NCBI GenBank assembly: GCA_049793155.1
Contig: JBARBN010000009.1
Location: forward strand, 34,268-98,267
Origin: Nitrospirota bacterium
GTDB lineage: Bacteria > Nitrospirota > UBA9217
Reading direction: 5' to 3'
DNA length: 64,000 nt
Shown: piece after piece, positions 35,747-46,636 of the stretch
Position numbering within the stretch: the first letter of the stretch is position 1
How the letters are laid out: every line of letters begins with the position of its first letter
Program-made: the position numbers and the translations under genes
The notes under the pieces: model-generated
What the model saw: the letters and a program-made list of their open reading frames with translations, nothing else
Database searches by the model: none
What the model was told of the DNA's origin: nothing

Positions 35747-38700
35747 ATGATCCTCTTTCATCTCTACCGCACGCCGGCTCTCTCCAGTTACCAGACCGCC
35801 GACCTGCTCACCACTGCAAAAAAACAAGTCTTTCCGGCGATCCGGGAGATCAAGACCGAGTTTTGTTTCAACATCGCAGCCACAGAGCCATTGTCAGCTG
35901 ATGAGATGCACCTGCTGCGCTGGCTCCTGGCCGAGACCTTCGAACCAGACAAGTTTTCTGACAAGACTTTTTTTTCTCCGAACTCCGCACTCCAAACGCT
36001 GAACTTGATCCTCGAAGTCGGCCCCCGCATGAACTTCACCACTGCCTGGTCCACGAACGCCGTCTCGGTCTGCCATGCCTGCGGCCTCAGAAAGATCTCG
36101 AGGATCGAGCGCTCCCGGCGCTATATGCTCCAATTTGATGATGCCTCAGTGATGAGCATTGAGCAAAAAAAAGACTTTCTTTCCCTTGTCCACGACCGCA
36201 TGACAGAGAGCCCGTATCCCAAACCGCTCAAAACATTCGAGACCGGCATTAAGCCGGAACCGGTACACATAATCCCGCTCATGGAACAGGGGAGGGCGGC
36301 GCTCGAAAAGATCAACCGCGAGATGGGGTTGGGGCTCGATGACTGGGACCTTGACTACTACACCGGTCTTTTTGTAAGGGACATCCGGCGTGATCCCACG
36401 AACGTGGAGTGCTTCGACCTGTCTCAATCCAACAGCGAGCACTCGCGCCACTGGTTTTTCCGCGGCAAGCTCATCGTCGATGGGAAGGAAATTCCCGGGA
36501 ACCTGATGAAGATCGTGAAGGCCACGTATGACGCGAACCCGAATAATAGCGTTATAGCCTTCAGCGACAATTCGAGTGCCATCGCCGGCCACGAAATCGC
36601 CACCATTATCCCCGAGACGGTCGGAAAACCTTCAGCATTTCGCGCATCGCTGCGTAAATACCATATCATTTTCACGGCCGAGACCCACAACTTTCCGTCC
36701 GGTGTGGCGCCATTTCCCGGCGCCGAGACCGGTACGGGTGGCCGCATCCGCGACGTGCAGGCAACGGGCACGGGCGGTCTCGTGGTCGCGGGCACGGCCG
36801 CCTATTGCGTGGGCAACCTCCGCATACCCGGCTACGAGCTTCCCTGGGAAGACAAGGGATATTCCTATCCGACCAATCTCGCATCACCGCTCCGGATCGA
36901 GGTCGAGGCAAGCAACGGCGCGTCGGACTACGGCAACAAGTTTGGAGAGCCTGTGATCCAGGGTTTCACCCGCGCCTTCGGCCTTCGCCTGCCTGACGGC
37001 GAACGCAGGGAATGGCTTAAACCGATAATGTTCAGCGCCGGCGTGGGCCAGATGGATTCCCGCCACACGGTCAAAACAGAACCACGGCCGGGAATGCTTG
37101 TGGTCAAGGTCGGGGGCCCTGCCTACCGCATCGGCATGGGCGGCGGCGCTGCCTCGTCCATGATCCAGGGAGAGAACATCGCCGAACTCGACTTCAATGC
37201 GGTTCAACGTGGGGACGCAGAGATGGAGCAGAAGATGAACCGCGTGATTCGTGCCTGTGTCGAGCTTGGGGAGAGAAATCCGATCCAGAGCATTCATGAC
37301 CAGGGCGCGGGAGGCAACTGCAACGTGGTGAAAGAGATCGTTCACCCCGCGGGCGCGAAGATCGAGATCCGCAGGATCCAGGCGGGCGACAACACGCTCT
37401 CGGTCCTCGAGCTATGGGGAGCGGAATATCAGGAACAGAACGCGCTTCTTTTGAAACCCGAACACGAGGGACTGTTCCGGTCCCTGTGCGTTCGCGAGAA
37501 GGTGCCGATGGCTATCATCGGGACGATCACCGGCGACGGATATATCGTTCTGCATGATGAGATCAACGATACCACACCGGAAAAGCTGGAGCTCGCCAGG
37601 GTGCTCGGCGACATGCCGCAAAAAATATTCACGCTTGACAGACAGAAACGAATGCTCAAGCCGCTCGAACTTCCGGAAGGCCTGACTATTCGCGCCGCGC
37701 TCGATCGTGTGCTCCGTCTGGTCTCTGTTGGCTCCAAGCGCTTTCTCACGAACAAGGTCGACCGCTCGGTCACCGGTCTTATCGCGCAGCAGCAGTGCAC
37801 GGGCCCGCTCCAGCTCACCGTGTCCGACGTCGCGGTGATCGCCCAGTCCCACTTCGGTCTGACCGGCGCCGCGATCTCCATCGGTGAACAGCCGATCAAG
37901 GAATTGCTCGACCCCGCTGCCATGGCCAGGATGTCCGTGGGCGAAGCGCTCACGAACCTCGTCTGGGCCCGGGTAAGCGGGCTCGGCGATATCCGTTGTT
38001 CGGCGAACTGGATGTGGGCGCCGAAGCTTCCCGGCGAAGGTGCAAGACTGTTCGATGCCGCCGTTGCCATGCGTGACGTGATGATCAGGCTCGGCATGGC
38101 GGTGGACGGCGGCAAGGACAGCCTGTCAATGGCTGCCAAGGTCGCGAATCCCGACGGCTCTCACGAGACGGTGAAATCACCCGGCGCACTCGTGATCTCG
38201 ACCTACGTAACCTGCCCGGACATTACAAGGACCGTGACCCCGGACCTCAAGTCGCCGGGAAAAAGCAAACTTTTGTTCGTCGACCTCGGCTCGGGCAAAA
38301 ACCGGCTCGGAGGTTCCGCGCTCGCGCAGGTCTTCGGCCAGGTGGGCGACACGGCGCCGGACCTCGACGACCCCCTGCTGCTGGCACGGGCATTTCATGC
38401 GGTTCAGCAATTGGTTTCTGAAAAGCTGATCCTCGCGGGCCATGACCGTTCTGACGGCGGCTTGATCACCACGCTGCTTGAGATGGCTTTTGCAGGAAAC
38501 TGCGGCATTGAAGTGGATTTAGGCAGACACGGGCAGGAGGACGAGATCTCGCTGTTGTTCTCTGAAGAACTTGGACTCGTGATCGAATATCTCCCGTCGC
38601 ATGAGGCACAGATAATCTCCGTTCTGTATAAAGGCGCGTTGCCGTACCGGGTGATCGGCAATACTGTCCTGGAAAAACAAATCGTCATTTCACTTCGAAA

Positions 38701-39715
38701 TCCGGACACCAAGCTCCGAACCGTCTTGAACGAAGACATGCGCGTGCTCAGAGACATCTGGGAGGAGACGAGCCACCAGCTTGACCTGCTCCAGAGGAAT
38801 CCCGAGAACATCCGCGAAGAGCGCAAGAATATCTACGACCGGAAGGGACCGGCCTTCGAGTTGTCGTTCGTACCGAAACCTACAGCCGCATCGATCATGA
38901 ATCGCAAGGATAAACCAAAGATCGCGATCATCCGTGAAGAGGGGAGTAACGGCGATCGCGAGATGGTCTCGGCCTTCTTTCTTGCCGGCTTCGAACCCTG
39001 GGATGTGACCGTTACGGATCTTCTCGATGGCCGTATCACGCTTGACCGCTTCAGGGGAGTGGTGTTCGTGGGAGGGTTCAGCTATGCTGATGTGCTCGAT
39101 TCGGCAAAAGGTTGGGCCGCTTCGCTCCGCTTCAATAAAAAAGTCTGGGATCAGCTCGAAGCATTTTATCACCGTCCTGACACCTTCAGCCTCGTCGTGT
39201 GCAACGGTTGTCAGCTGATGGCGCTGTTGGGATGGGTGCCCTGGCGCGGAATCGCAGATGAGCTCCAACCGCGTTTCATCCACAATAGGTCGGGCCGGTT
39301 CGAGTCCCGCTTCTCAACAATCAAGATCCTGAAAAGTCCTTCGATCATGCTGCAGGGGATGGAAAATTCCGTGCTTGGCATCTGGGTGGCCCACGGTGAA
39401 GGAATGGCCTACTTCCCCGATGAGAAGATGTTCAGAGAGTGCGAGTATGGACTCGCCCCTGTTCGCTTTGTGGACGATGAATCAAAAATCACTGAAGCTT
39501 ACCCATTCAATCCCAACGGCTCCCCCGCGGGCATTGCCGGCCTCTGCTCCACCGATGGCCGCCACCTTGCGATGATGCCGCACCCCGAACGCTCGGTGCT
39601 CACCTGGCAGTGGGGTTGGATGCCTGAAGACCTTAAAAGATCTCTCAGTTCCGCACCGTGGCTCACGATGTTCCAGAATGCGCGCGAATGGTGCGAGAAG
39701 GGGAAAAGGCGCTGA
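35747..39715 (+). CDS. purL: Phosphoribosylformylglycinamidine synthase, single-chain large type (PurL, EC 6.3.5.3).
   Basis: 1322 aa with N-terminal, FGAM-synthase AIRS-like, and C-terminal glutaminase regions (catalytic Cys in VCNGCQLM; HPERS). Confidence 0.9.
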   Translation: MILFHLYRTPALSSYQTADLLTTAKKQVFPAIREIKTEFCFNIAATEPLSADEMHLLRWLLAETFEPDKFSDKTFFSPNSALQTLNLILEVGPRMNFTTAWSTNAVSVCHACGLRKISRIERSRRYMLQFDDASVMSIEQKKDFLSLVHDRMTESPYPKPLKTFETGIKPEPVHIIPLMEQGRAALEKINREMGLGLDDWDLDYYTGLFVRDIRRDPTNVECFDLSQSNSEHSRHWFFRGKLIVDGKEIPGNLMKIVKATYDANPNNSVIAFSDNSSAIAGHEIATIIPETVGKPSAFRASLRKYHIIFTAETHNFPSGVAPFPGAETGTGGRIRDVQATGTGGLVVAGTAAYCVGNLRIPGYELPWEDKGYSYPTNLASPLRIEVEASNGASDYGNKFGEPVIQGFTRAFGLRLPDGERREWLKPIMFSAGVGQMDSRHTVKTEPRPGMLVVKVGGPAYRIGMGGGAASSMIQGENIAELDFNAVQRGDAEMEQKMNRVIRACVELGERNPIQSIHDQGAGGNCNVVKEIVHPAGAKIEIRRIQAGDNTLSVLELWGAEYQEQNALLLKPEHEGLFRSLCVREKVPMAIIGTITGDGYIVLHDEINDTTPEKLELARVLGDMPQKIFTLDRQKRMLKPLELPEGLTIRAALDRVLRLVSVGSKRFLTNKVDRSVTGLIAQQQCTGPLQLTVSDVAVIAQSHFGLTGAAISIGEQPIKELLDPAAMARMSVGEALTNLVWARVSGLGDIRCSANWMWAPKLPGEGARLFDAAVAMRDVMIRLGMAVDGGKDSLSMAAKVANPDGSHETVKSPGALVISTYVTCPDITRTVTPDLKSPGKSKLLFVDLGSGKNRLGGSALAQVFGQVGDTAPDLDDPLLLARAFHAVQQLVSEKLILAGHDRSDGGLITTLLEMAFAGNCGIEVDLGRHGQEDEISLLFSEELGLVIEYLPSHEAQIISVLYKGALPYRVIGNTVLEKQIVISLRNPDTKLRTVLNEDMRVLRDIWEETSHQLDLLQRNPENIREERKNIYDRKGPAFELSFVPKPTAASIMNRKDKPKIAIIREEGSNGDREMVSAFFLAGFEPWDVTVTDLLDGRITLDRFRGVVFVGGFSYADVLDSAKGWAASLRFNKKVWDQLEAFYHRPDTFSLVVCNGCQLMALLGWVPWRGIADELQPRFIHNRSGRFESRFSTIKILKSPSIMLQGMENSVLGIWVAHGEGMAYFPDEKMFRECEYGLAPVRFVDDESKITEAYPFNPNGSPAGIAGLCSTDGRHLAMMPHPERSVLTWQWGWMPEDLKRSLSSAPWLTMFQNAREWCEKGKRR

Positions 39716-39930
39716 ACGGCACCGTGTCGACCGTGTCCCCGACCTCTGTCCTTTCCGCATCATTGCTGGAACGCCTTCGGCAGTTCGCATCCATCGGCCA
39801 TGATGAGAATGCCAGTTATCTTGACACCAGGTTGTGTATAAAGTTCGACAAAAGATGCGATGCAGCCTGCTTCGTTCGGGTTCGTGTGTACAATGATGAT
39901 CAGGAAATAAAGCAATAGAGGACAAATGCA

Positions 39931-40722
39931 TTGATAACTTCCCTTCCTGAAACCGAGGTCCTGCGGGCCTGCCAAACACTTTTTGGAACAAGGGTTCCCA
40001 TCAACAGAGGTTTTTTGTTCAATCTTCAACCCGAAGGCCTCAAGGCCGCCTACCGGAAACAAGCCAAACAGATCCATCCTGATTTTTTTGCCTGCGAATC
40101 TCCGAATATTCAACAACAGCAAACCGCGCTTTTTCGGGATGTCGTGGATGCCTATGACGTCGTCAATCGGTATTTTAAGCAGCGGGAAAAAAGAGCGTGC
40201 GCATCGTCATCATCACCGGCGCCCGCGCACCGCAGCCCGCGGAAACCCAATAAAAAGTCATGGGATCCGGCGAACAACATGGATGGGCCTGCCGGTCCCT
40301 CAGTTCACGAGGCATTGCCGCTTCGCTCCCTGCAATTCGGACAATATCTTTATTATCGGGGATTCATCACCTACCGTGCGCTGATAGATGCCGTAGTCTG
40401 GCAGCGCAGACAACGACCGGTCATCGGAGACATCGCACTTCGATGGTGTTGGTTGAATCCTGCATCAATCGAATGGATCCTCCAGGCAGGGGGCCTGCGC
40501 GGCCGCTTCGGAGAAAAGGCATCGGCCCTGGGTCTGCTCACACCATTTCAGATAAGAGTACTGCTCTCGTTCCAGCGATCCCGACAGAAACGCCTGGGGA
40601 CCTACTTTGTTGAGCACAGGATAATGAAAGCGGAGAAACTCGAACTCCTGGTTCAGGAGCTGCACGCATACAATATGCGCTTCCGGACGAGCCTCTCCGC
40701 AAGAAACAAGTCCGAGGCGTAA
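39931..40722 (+). CDS. J-domain-containing protein with uncharacterised C-terminal domain (TTG start).
   Basis: AYRKQAKQIHPD resembles the J-domain HPD motif. No in-frame ATG near the start. AGAGGA RBS 7 nt before TTG. Confidence 0.45.
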   Translation: MITSLPETEVLRACQTLFGTRVPINRGFLFNLQPEGLKAAYRKQAKQIHPDFFACESPNIQQQQTALFRDVVDAYDVVNRYFKQREKRACASSSSPAPAHRSPRKPNKKSWDPANNMDGPAGPSVHEALPLRSLQFGQYLYYRGFITYRALIDAVVWQRRQRPVIGDIALRWCWLNPASIEWILQAGGLRGRFGEKASALGLLTPFQIRVLLSFQRSRQKRLGTYFVEHRIMKAEKLELLVQELHAYNMRFRTSLSARNKSEA

Positions 40723-40765
40723 GTTTATAAACACCTGAACATGTTTCGCGCTGACAACCGGCGCA

Positions 40766-41512
40766 TCACTCCAGCGACACCGTAAAGCTCCCCGGGTAAC
40801 CATGCTCTGAGAAATCCAGCTCTGCGGCTTCCGCAGCAGTCAGCGAAGTATACTTGCCCGCGTAGACCCGGTGAAAGATCTCTCCATTGATGTTCGTCGT
40901 GTGGATCTCCGAGAAGCCGACCATTTTTTTCATCTCCGCAGACAGACGGTGCGCATTTCCATATTCCTTGAAGGAGCCGACCTGAACGGTATAATTGCCT
41001 GCATCATAGTTCTCAGGCGTTTTGTACTGATCAACACCTGTTCCCCGGTACCCCAGCGCCTCGATCCTCACCGGTGCGGTTCCCACGATATCTACTCCGA
41101 GCATCTTGGCCGCTGAATAGGACAGGTCGATGACCCTGCCTTTGACAAAGGGGCCGCGATCGTTGACGCGAACGACGGCTTCACGACCGTTTTCCCTGTT
41201 CTGGACCTTGACATACACACCGAGCGGCAGCGTTTTGTGCGCCGCGGTCATAGCATGCATGTCGTATGTCTCGCCGTTGCTCGTTTTTTTTCCGTCGAAA
41301 TCCGGTCCGTACCAGCTTGCGATACCGGTCTGAACGAACCCTGCATGGGTTTGCAAAGGCTCATACCGCTGACCCAACACCGTGTAGGGCTTTTGATATG
41401 CCTTTAGCCTGGATGCGGGCGGCTGCGTTACCGCAGTCTTTTTCGGCGCGCAGGATGCAACCAGTATAACGCAACAGATGACCAGTATGAACCGCTTTAT
41501 CATCCCTGCCAT
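40766..41512 (-). CDS. rlpA: Septal ring lytic transglycosylase RlpA (lipoprotein, DPBB + SPOR domains).
   Basis: Lipobox VILVASC; DPBB motif (GIASWYGPDFDGKKTSNGETYD); C-terminal SPOR domain. The start may be the second Met (MIKRF). Confidence 0.85.
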   Translation of the reverse strand: MAGMIKRFILVICCVILVASCAPKKTAVTQPPASRLKAYQKPYTVLGQRYEPLQTHAGFVQTGIASWYGPDFDGKKTSNGETYDMHAMTAAHKTLPLGVYVKVQNRENGREAVVRVNDRGPFVKGRVIDLSYSAAKMLGVDIVGTAPVRIEALGYRGTGVDQYKTPENYDAGNYTVQVGSFKEYGNAHRLSAEMKKMVGFSEIHTTNINGEIFHRVYAGKYTSLTAAEAAELDFSEHGYPGSFTVSLE

Positions 41513-41669
41513 ACCCCTTGCTCTTTTAATTAACCCCGTGTATTATCCTTCGCAAGACCGCTCGCCAGGGGCAGCATGCGGTGATATCATACAAACTATT
41601 GAGCGGGAGAGCAACAGAAAAAAGCCCGCTGTTCGGATAAACAATTTTTTTACGCAAGGGGGCGCGCCC

Positions 41670-41975
41670 ATGATCAAACATGTGGTGATGTGGAAGCTGA
41701 AGGATTTTGCGGAAGAGGCAGACAAGGCGCGGAACGCAAAGAGGATCAAGATCGAGCTTGAGGCATTAAAAAACACTATCCCGCAGATATTTCACCTTGA
41801 GGTCGGCATCAATTTTCTTGAATCGGACGCCGCCTACGATGTGGTGCTCTTTTCAGTATTTAAGAACGAGAAAGACCTCGAACTCTACCAGAACCATCCG
41901 GACCATCGCGCAGTCGCCGAGTTCATCGGCAAGGTGAAAGAAGACAGGGCAGTTGTCGATTACAAGACGCTTTGA
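41670..41975 (+). CDS. Dabb (stress-responsive dimeric alpha+beta barrel) family protein.
   Basis: MIKHVVMWKLKD...DVVLFSVFKNEKDLELYQNHPDH. ~101 aa. The ORF-track start at 41478 is an extension. Confidence 0.65.
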   Translation: MIKHVVMWKLKDFAEEADKARNAKRIKIELEALKNTIPQIFHLEVGINFLESDAAYDVVLFSVFKNEKDLELYQNHPDHRAVAEFIGKVKEDRAVVDYKTL

Positions 41976-41991
41976 CGTTTTCAAGGAGCAC

Positions 41992-42321
41992 CGAATGGAA
42001 CGGACCATACAACCTGCGGACCTTCAGGAGCAGCTGGCATCCCGGACAGACCTTGTCCTCCTCGACGTCCGGCGCAAGCCAGACTACGATGCCGACCAGG
42101 ATAAGCTTCCGGGTGCAGAGTGGCGCGATCCCGACAAGGTGGATGAATGGAGCACGACCCTTCCCGGGGACAAGCAAGTGGTTATCTACTGCGTGCGCGG
42201 CGGCTCGGTGAGCAATCGGGTGCTCGATTATCTCCGGGAACTGAGGGTTCAGGCCCGTTTTATCGAAGGCGGGATCGAAGCGTGGAAAGCGGCCGGCGGA
42301 CCAATTATCAAGAAAAGCTAA
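41992..42321 (+). CDS. Single-domain rhodanese-like sulfurtransferase.
   Basis: Catalytic-loop Cys (VIYCVRGGSVSN); AAGGAG RBS before MERTIQ. Confidence 0.7.
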   Translation, partial: RMERTIQPADLQEQLASRTDLVLLDVRRKPDYDADQDKLPGAEWRDPDKVDEWSTTLPGDKQVVIYCVRGGSVSNRVLDYLRELRVQARFIEGGIEAWKAAGGPIIKKS

Positions 42322-42634
42322 CTGCCGGGGACGAGCAGAAATCACCGTTCAGCCAATAGCAGGGACAAAGGTCGCTTCACGAAGCACGGCCTGAATTCTT
42401 ATTCACGGGTTTGAACCCGTATCTTTCCGGTGTCTAAGGAATCCCGCTTCGCCAGCCTGAAATGCAAGGACGCCATTGTCATCTGAGGTCCGTGTTGTGA
42501 ATCAAGAGAACGAAGCTGCAATACCCTGATCAGGGCCTGTCCATGGATCGCTTTTCCTCAATAACACACTGCCATCCCGGTAAGCGCCCTCGCCGGGTTT
42601 TGCCTCTGCCTGCCGGACCGAACACGTGCGTATC

Positions 42635-42931
42635 TTATTTCGGGTCAGCGGTAAGCCATTTTGCAATACCCGCGAAGACCAGTGCGAGTATGAGGGCCAG
42701 AAGAGCAACGAGGAGAGACGCGGCTCCCGGGGACAGCGGTGATGAGGCAAGGTATTGATATATACCCATCAGAAAATAAAATGCCGCGATCAGGACGAGA
42801 AGGGCAGCAAGTGCAGCACTCGCAAGTCCCCATCCCATGTTCGTTATCGCCCTTCTCAGGACCCGCCCTTCCGTTTCCAGCAAACGCAGTATGACCGTAG
42901 CAATATCAAGGAGAATCGTCAGTATCTTCAT
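42635..42931 (-). CDS. YqjE-like (holin-X / DUF1469) inner-membrane protein.
   Basis: Two TM helices and an LRLLETEGRVLRRA amphipathic N-terminus; downstream of a DUF883 gene, as in E. coli yqjD-yqjE. Confidence 0.55.
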   Translation of the reverse strand: MKILTILLDIATVILRLLETEGRVLRRAITNMGWGLASAALAALLVLIAAFYFLMGIYQYLASSPLSPGAASLLVALLALILALVFAGIAKWLTADPK

Positions 42932-43260
42932 TGTTTGTCTCCCTGGTGCCAGAGTTTGGCGACCAAATAGCCGAATCCGAATGCGGCCAGGACGCTGACC
43001 AGGGGATGCTGCTCTACCTCATCCGCAAGGCCCTTGACGACTTTTTCACCCTGGACCCGCGAGGTGGCGAGCTTATCTAAGAGATCCGCAAATGTACTGA
43101 AGCCGTGCTCGTCATGGTCTTGACCTTCTTCCCCGGTGGCAGCTGTTTTTGCTCCGGCGTTTGCCTTCGCGCCGGCAGCGAGTGAAGTGATCTCATCACG
43201 CAATCGCGCAATATCCGCTTTCAGCGCATCCAGTTCTTTATCGTGTGTTTTTTCCGTCAT
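42928..43260 (-). CDS. DUF883 (ElaB/YqjD/YgaM) membrane-anchored ribosome-associated protein.
   Basis: Coiled-coil N-terminus; C-terminal PLVSVLAAFGFGYLVAKL anchor typical of the family. Confidence 0.65.
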   Translation of the reverse strand: MTEKTHDKELDALKADIARLRDEITSLAAGAKANAGAKTAATGEEGQDHDEHGFSTFADLLDKLATSRVQGEKVVKGLADEVEQHPLVSVLAAFGFGYLVAKLWHQGDKQ

Positions 43261-43311
43261 GTTCTTTTTCTCCTTTGCGCAATTGTATCGAACGGTCTTG
43301 TCTCGTCTATT

Positions 43312-44310
43312 TCAGGATACCGGATCAACACCCGCAATCCCGCCGTCATAATGGTCTTTCCCCGGATGGACCTTGTTGATAAGTTCACGGGTAAAGACCC
43401 TGTCCTCGTCAATATCCTGTTGAATATATCCCAGCTTCCTTAAGACCGGCACGAACTTCATGGTCGAGGCAATATAGCCATCGGTGAGTCCGGCACAGTA
43501 CTTTGGCGATACCGCAAGTGTGTCGAGAACGAACTTTTCATCAACCACGCCGACAAAATCAGCAATCAAGCGCGCCGCTTGCATCGGTTCCCGCCGGATG
43601 AAAGCAGTGGACTCCTCGTGAAGTGCCAGAAAACGCTCAACGATCTTGCGCTCCCGGTCCAGGAACCCGCGATCGACCACGATCCCGTAGCTCGGGTTCT
43701 TCGGCCACAGCCGCGACGGCGGATAAAGGATCTTCCCGCCTGCGAACCGACTGATTGCGATTGCCAGGGCCGGCGTCCCCACCGCAGCAGCAACTTCGCG
43801 CCTGGCCATCGCCTCGGTCACTAGGTCTGCCCAGGGATAGTTGAGGACCTTGATCTGGTTGTGCAGGCCATGCTGCTCAAGGCAGTCCCTGAGGATGACA
43901 TCATGAATTGACCCTGTCCCGGGCACCCCGATGGCCAGCCCCCGGAGCTGCCGCAGAATGTCACTCAGGTCGCTGATCTCCGGAAATCCGGCACCTTGCG
44001 AACTCCCTGCCAGGACCGTCCCTTCCATATGACCGCCCGCAACGCAGATGACATTGATGCCCTTACTCATTCCGATAATCGCGGGCGGCAGGCCAATGTA
44101 GGCAAGATCCAGTTCGTTCTGTTGAAAGGCCTGCATGATCGCCGGGCCGGTGCCCATAAGCCTCCACTCGATCACTGCCCCGAGCCTCGCATCCGCGTTA
44201 CCCTCCGCCATAAGCAGGATCGCCGTGTGATAGAACGTAGAAAGGTGTCCGATCCTGACCTTCACCGGCCACTCCGCATCCAATAGACGCTGTTTAGCAA
44301 CATATGACAA
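43312..44310 (-). CDS. NMT1/SsuA/TauA-like substrate-binding-domain protein (no obvious signal peptide).
   Basis: Periplasmic-binding-protein type 2 fold (LAYIGLPPAIIGMSKG...); divergent from the adjacent PAS/GAF kinase. Confidence 0.5.
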   Translation of the reverse strand: MSYVAKQRLLDAEWPVKVRIGHLSTFYHTAILLMAEGNADARLGAVIEWRLMGTGPAIMQAFQQNELDLAYIGLPPAIIGMSKGINVICVAGGHMEGTVLAGSSQGAGFPEISDLSDILRQLRGLAIGVPGTGSIHDVILRDCLEQHGLHNQIKVLNYPWADLVTEAMARREVAAAVGTPALAIAISRFAGGKILYPPSRLWPKNPSYGIVVDRGFLDRERKIVERFLALHEESTAFIRREPMQAARLIADFVGVVDEKFVLDTLAVSPKYCAGLTDGYIASTMKFVPVLRKLGYIQQDIDEDRVFTRELINKVHPGKDHYDGGIAGVDPVS

Positions 44311-44461
44311 TAATAGTCTCCACCTTCGGCGTAGTCAACCCCCTTCCGGTGGAAATGTTTATTCGGAATTTACCTGCGCCCACGAGTGCAGGGCGAAACG
44401 CGCGATCCGCGACCCCCTTTCCTGTTGCCGGTCTTCGGACAGTGTGTTAGTATATTAAAGC

Positions 44462-46480
44462 ATGACGATCTCGCTCGAAAAAGACAGCTCGGAGCTGCTC
44501 AGAACGCTCGATGTCCTGAACATGCCTGCTTTCATCGTCGATGCGCGGTGGACCATCCTCTCGTGCAATGACAACGTCCGTGCCGTATTCGAATATGACC
44601 GGGCAGAGGTCATCGGCCGGCATGTCGAGAAGTTCGTGTCTCTTGACAGCCTGGTCCGGGAGCATGGTGCATCCAGCCCTTCTCTCCCCGGTGACGCGTC
44701 CAAAGGCAGCGGAGGAACGGTGTTCCGGGCCTTCTGTTTCCGGAAGAACAGCGGCCCGCTGCTGTCACGCGTTACCGTGATCCCGAACCGGCAGCATGAC
44801 CCCGACCAGATGATCATCGTGGTCCGGGACGCACTCGAACAAAAGGGTGCGGCCGCGGGTACTGCCCGCCCTGATGACCAGGCACCCCAGGTCGAGCTCA
44901 TCAACGAACTGAGCAGCATCATCAATTCCAGTCTGAGCATCGGAACGATCTTCCGAATGGTCGTCTCGGAGCTGCGGAAGATCATCGACTACAGCAGGGC
45001 AAGCCTTCTGCTGTACAACGAAACAGACGACAACTTCCTGATCTTCGCGCTTGACACCGAGATGAGGACCACGATGAAAAAGGGGGTAAAGGCCCCGATC
45101 GAGGGCACGAGCGCCGGTTGGGTCGTGCGCAACAACAAGCCCTGGATCAGCCGCGATCTGAAGGAAACCACCTTTCCTCTGGACCGGAAGCTCCTCGACG
45201 AGGGCATCCGTTCCACGATCAGCATTCCCCTGTTCCATGACCGCATGCTCGGCGTGTTCAATTTCGACAGCACCAACCCATCGCAATACACGGAAAAGGA
45301 CCTGAAGCTCCTGCTGCCCGTGGCCAAGCATATCGCCGTGGCCCTTGAGAACGCGGTCCTGTTTGAAGAGATCTCGAAGGAAAAGAAAGAGTGGGAGCGG
45401 ACCTTCGACGCGATCACCGACATGGTCTGGATCGAGGACGGCAGGCAGCAGGTTATCCGCGCGAACCACACGCTCCTCATGCGGACCGGCTATTCCAAAT
45501 CCGAGATCACGAACAAACACTGCGGCGAGCTTCTCGGCAAACTGGGGATCATGATCGAAGGGTGTCTGTGCGCGGAGACGCTGTCGTGCAAACGGCCGGC
45601 CTTCCAGGAGCTCAGGAGCGCGGGCGGCAGCATCTTCAACTTCTGGGCCTATCCGCTGATCGACGAGGAGGGCCGGCTCTATGCCATCGTCCACTATCTC
45701 AAGGACGTGACGGCCCAGCGGCGGATAGAACAGCAGCTCATTCGCACGGACAAGCTGGCTTCACTCGGCACGCTCGTGGCCGGCATCGCCCATGAGATCA
45801 ACAACCCGCTCGGTATCATCGCCGGCTTTTCCGAGGCGCTTCTCGACCGGGCCGCAGCGCCGGCCCTGGGCGCCATGAAGGAGTTCGAGGACTTTCCTGA
45901 TTACCTCAAAACGATCCACAGCGAGATCTTCCGCTGCAAGGGCATCCTCAAGAGCCTGCTCGAATTTGCGCGGCCGTCGGGGGGCACCTTCCGGGAGATC
46001 GACATCAACGAGCTCATCAAAGAAGTGCTGCTCCTGCTCCAGCACAGGACCACCAGGCTCAAGCACACCCTTGAACTCGACCTGGACCGGGATGTGCCGA
46101 AGATCCACGCGGACGCGGGCAGCCTCAGACAGCTGTTGTTGAACCTTCTCCTGAATGCCATCTACTTCACACCCGAGGGAGGGAGCATCTTCATCAAGAC
46201 AGAGACAGACGATGTCCTGGAGGAGACCCGCTTCCCGGGCTGCCCGCTCCGGGTCCGGCTCTCGGTTACGGACACCGGGTCCGGCATTTCGGATGATCTG
46301 ATCGAAAGGATCTTTGACCCGTTCTTCACGACCAAGCCCGTGGGCGAGGGAACCGGCCTCGGCCTTACCATCAGCCACAAGATCGTTGAAGAACACAACG
46401 GCTTTCTTGACGTGAAGAGTGAACCCGGCAAGGGCGCGAGCTTTATCATCACGCTGCCGTCGATCGCATGCGGGGAGTGA
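44462..46480 (+). CDS. Cytoplasmic PAS-GAF-PAS sensor histidine kinase.
   Basis: H-box AHEINNPLGII; N, G1 (DTGSGI) and G2 (GTGLGLTI) boxes; no TM segments. Confidence 0.85.
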   Translation: MTISLEKDSSELLRTLDVLNMPAFIVDARWTILSCNDNVRAVFEYDRAEVIGRHVEKFVSLDSLVREHGASSPSLPGDASKGSGGTVFRAFCFRKNSGPLLSRVTVIPNRQHDPDQMIIVVRDALEQKGAAAGTARPDDQAPQVELINELSSIINSSLSIGTIFRMVVSELRKIIDYSRASLLLYNETDDNFLIFALDTEMRTTMKKGVKAPIEGTSAGWVVRNNKPWISRDLKETTFPLDRKLLDEGIRSTISIPLFHDRMLGVFNFDSTNPSQYTEKDLKLLLPVAKHIAVALENAVLFEEISKEKKEWERTFDAITDMVWIEDGRQQVIRANHTLLMRTGYSKSEITNKHCGELLGKLGIMIEGCLCAETLSCKRPAFQELRSAGGSIFNFWAYPLIDEEGRLYAIVHYLKDVTAQRRIEQQLIRTDKLASLGTLVAGIAHEINNPLGIIAGFSEALLDRAAAPALGAMKEFEDFPDYLKTIHSEIFRCKGILKSLLEFARPSGGTFREIDINELIKEVLLLLQHRTTRLKHTLELDLDRDVPKIHADAGSLRQLLLNLLLNAIYFTPEGGSIFIKTETDDVLEETRFPGCPLRVRLSVTDTGSGISDDLIERIFDPFFTTKPVGEGTGLGLTISHKIVEEHNGFLDVKSEPGKGASFIITLPSIACGE

Positions 46481-46636
46481 GAAGGAAACGCACCGATTTA
46501 TTAACCGCGGAGACGCGGAGGCACGGAGAAAAGCCTTTTGATCGATTATGTTCTTCTCGGCGCCTCAGCGGCGGATTTTTAGTTTTTACGAATCCATCAA
46601 AATTGGAGTTTGTGATCGGGGATTTGTGATATTGCT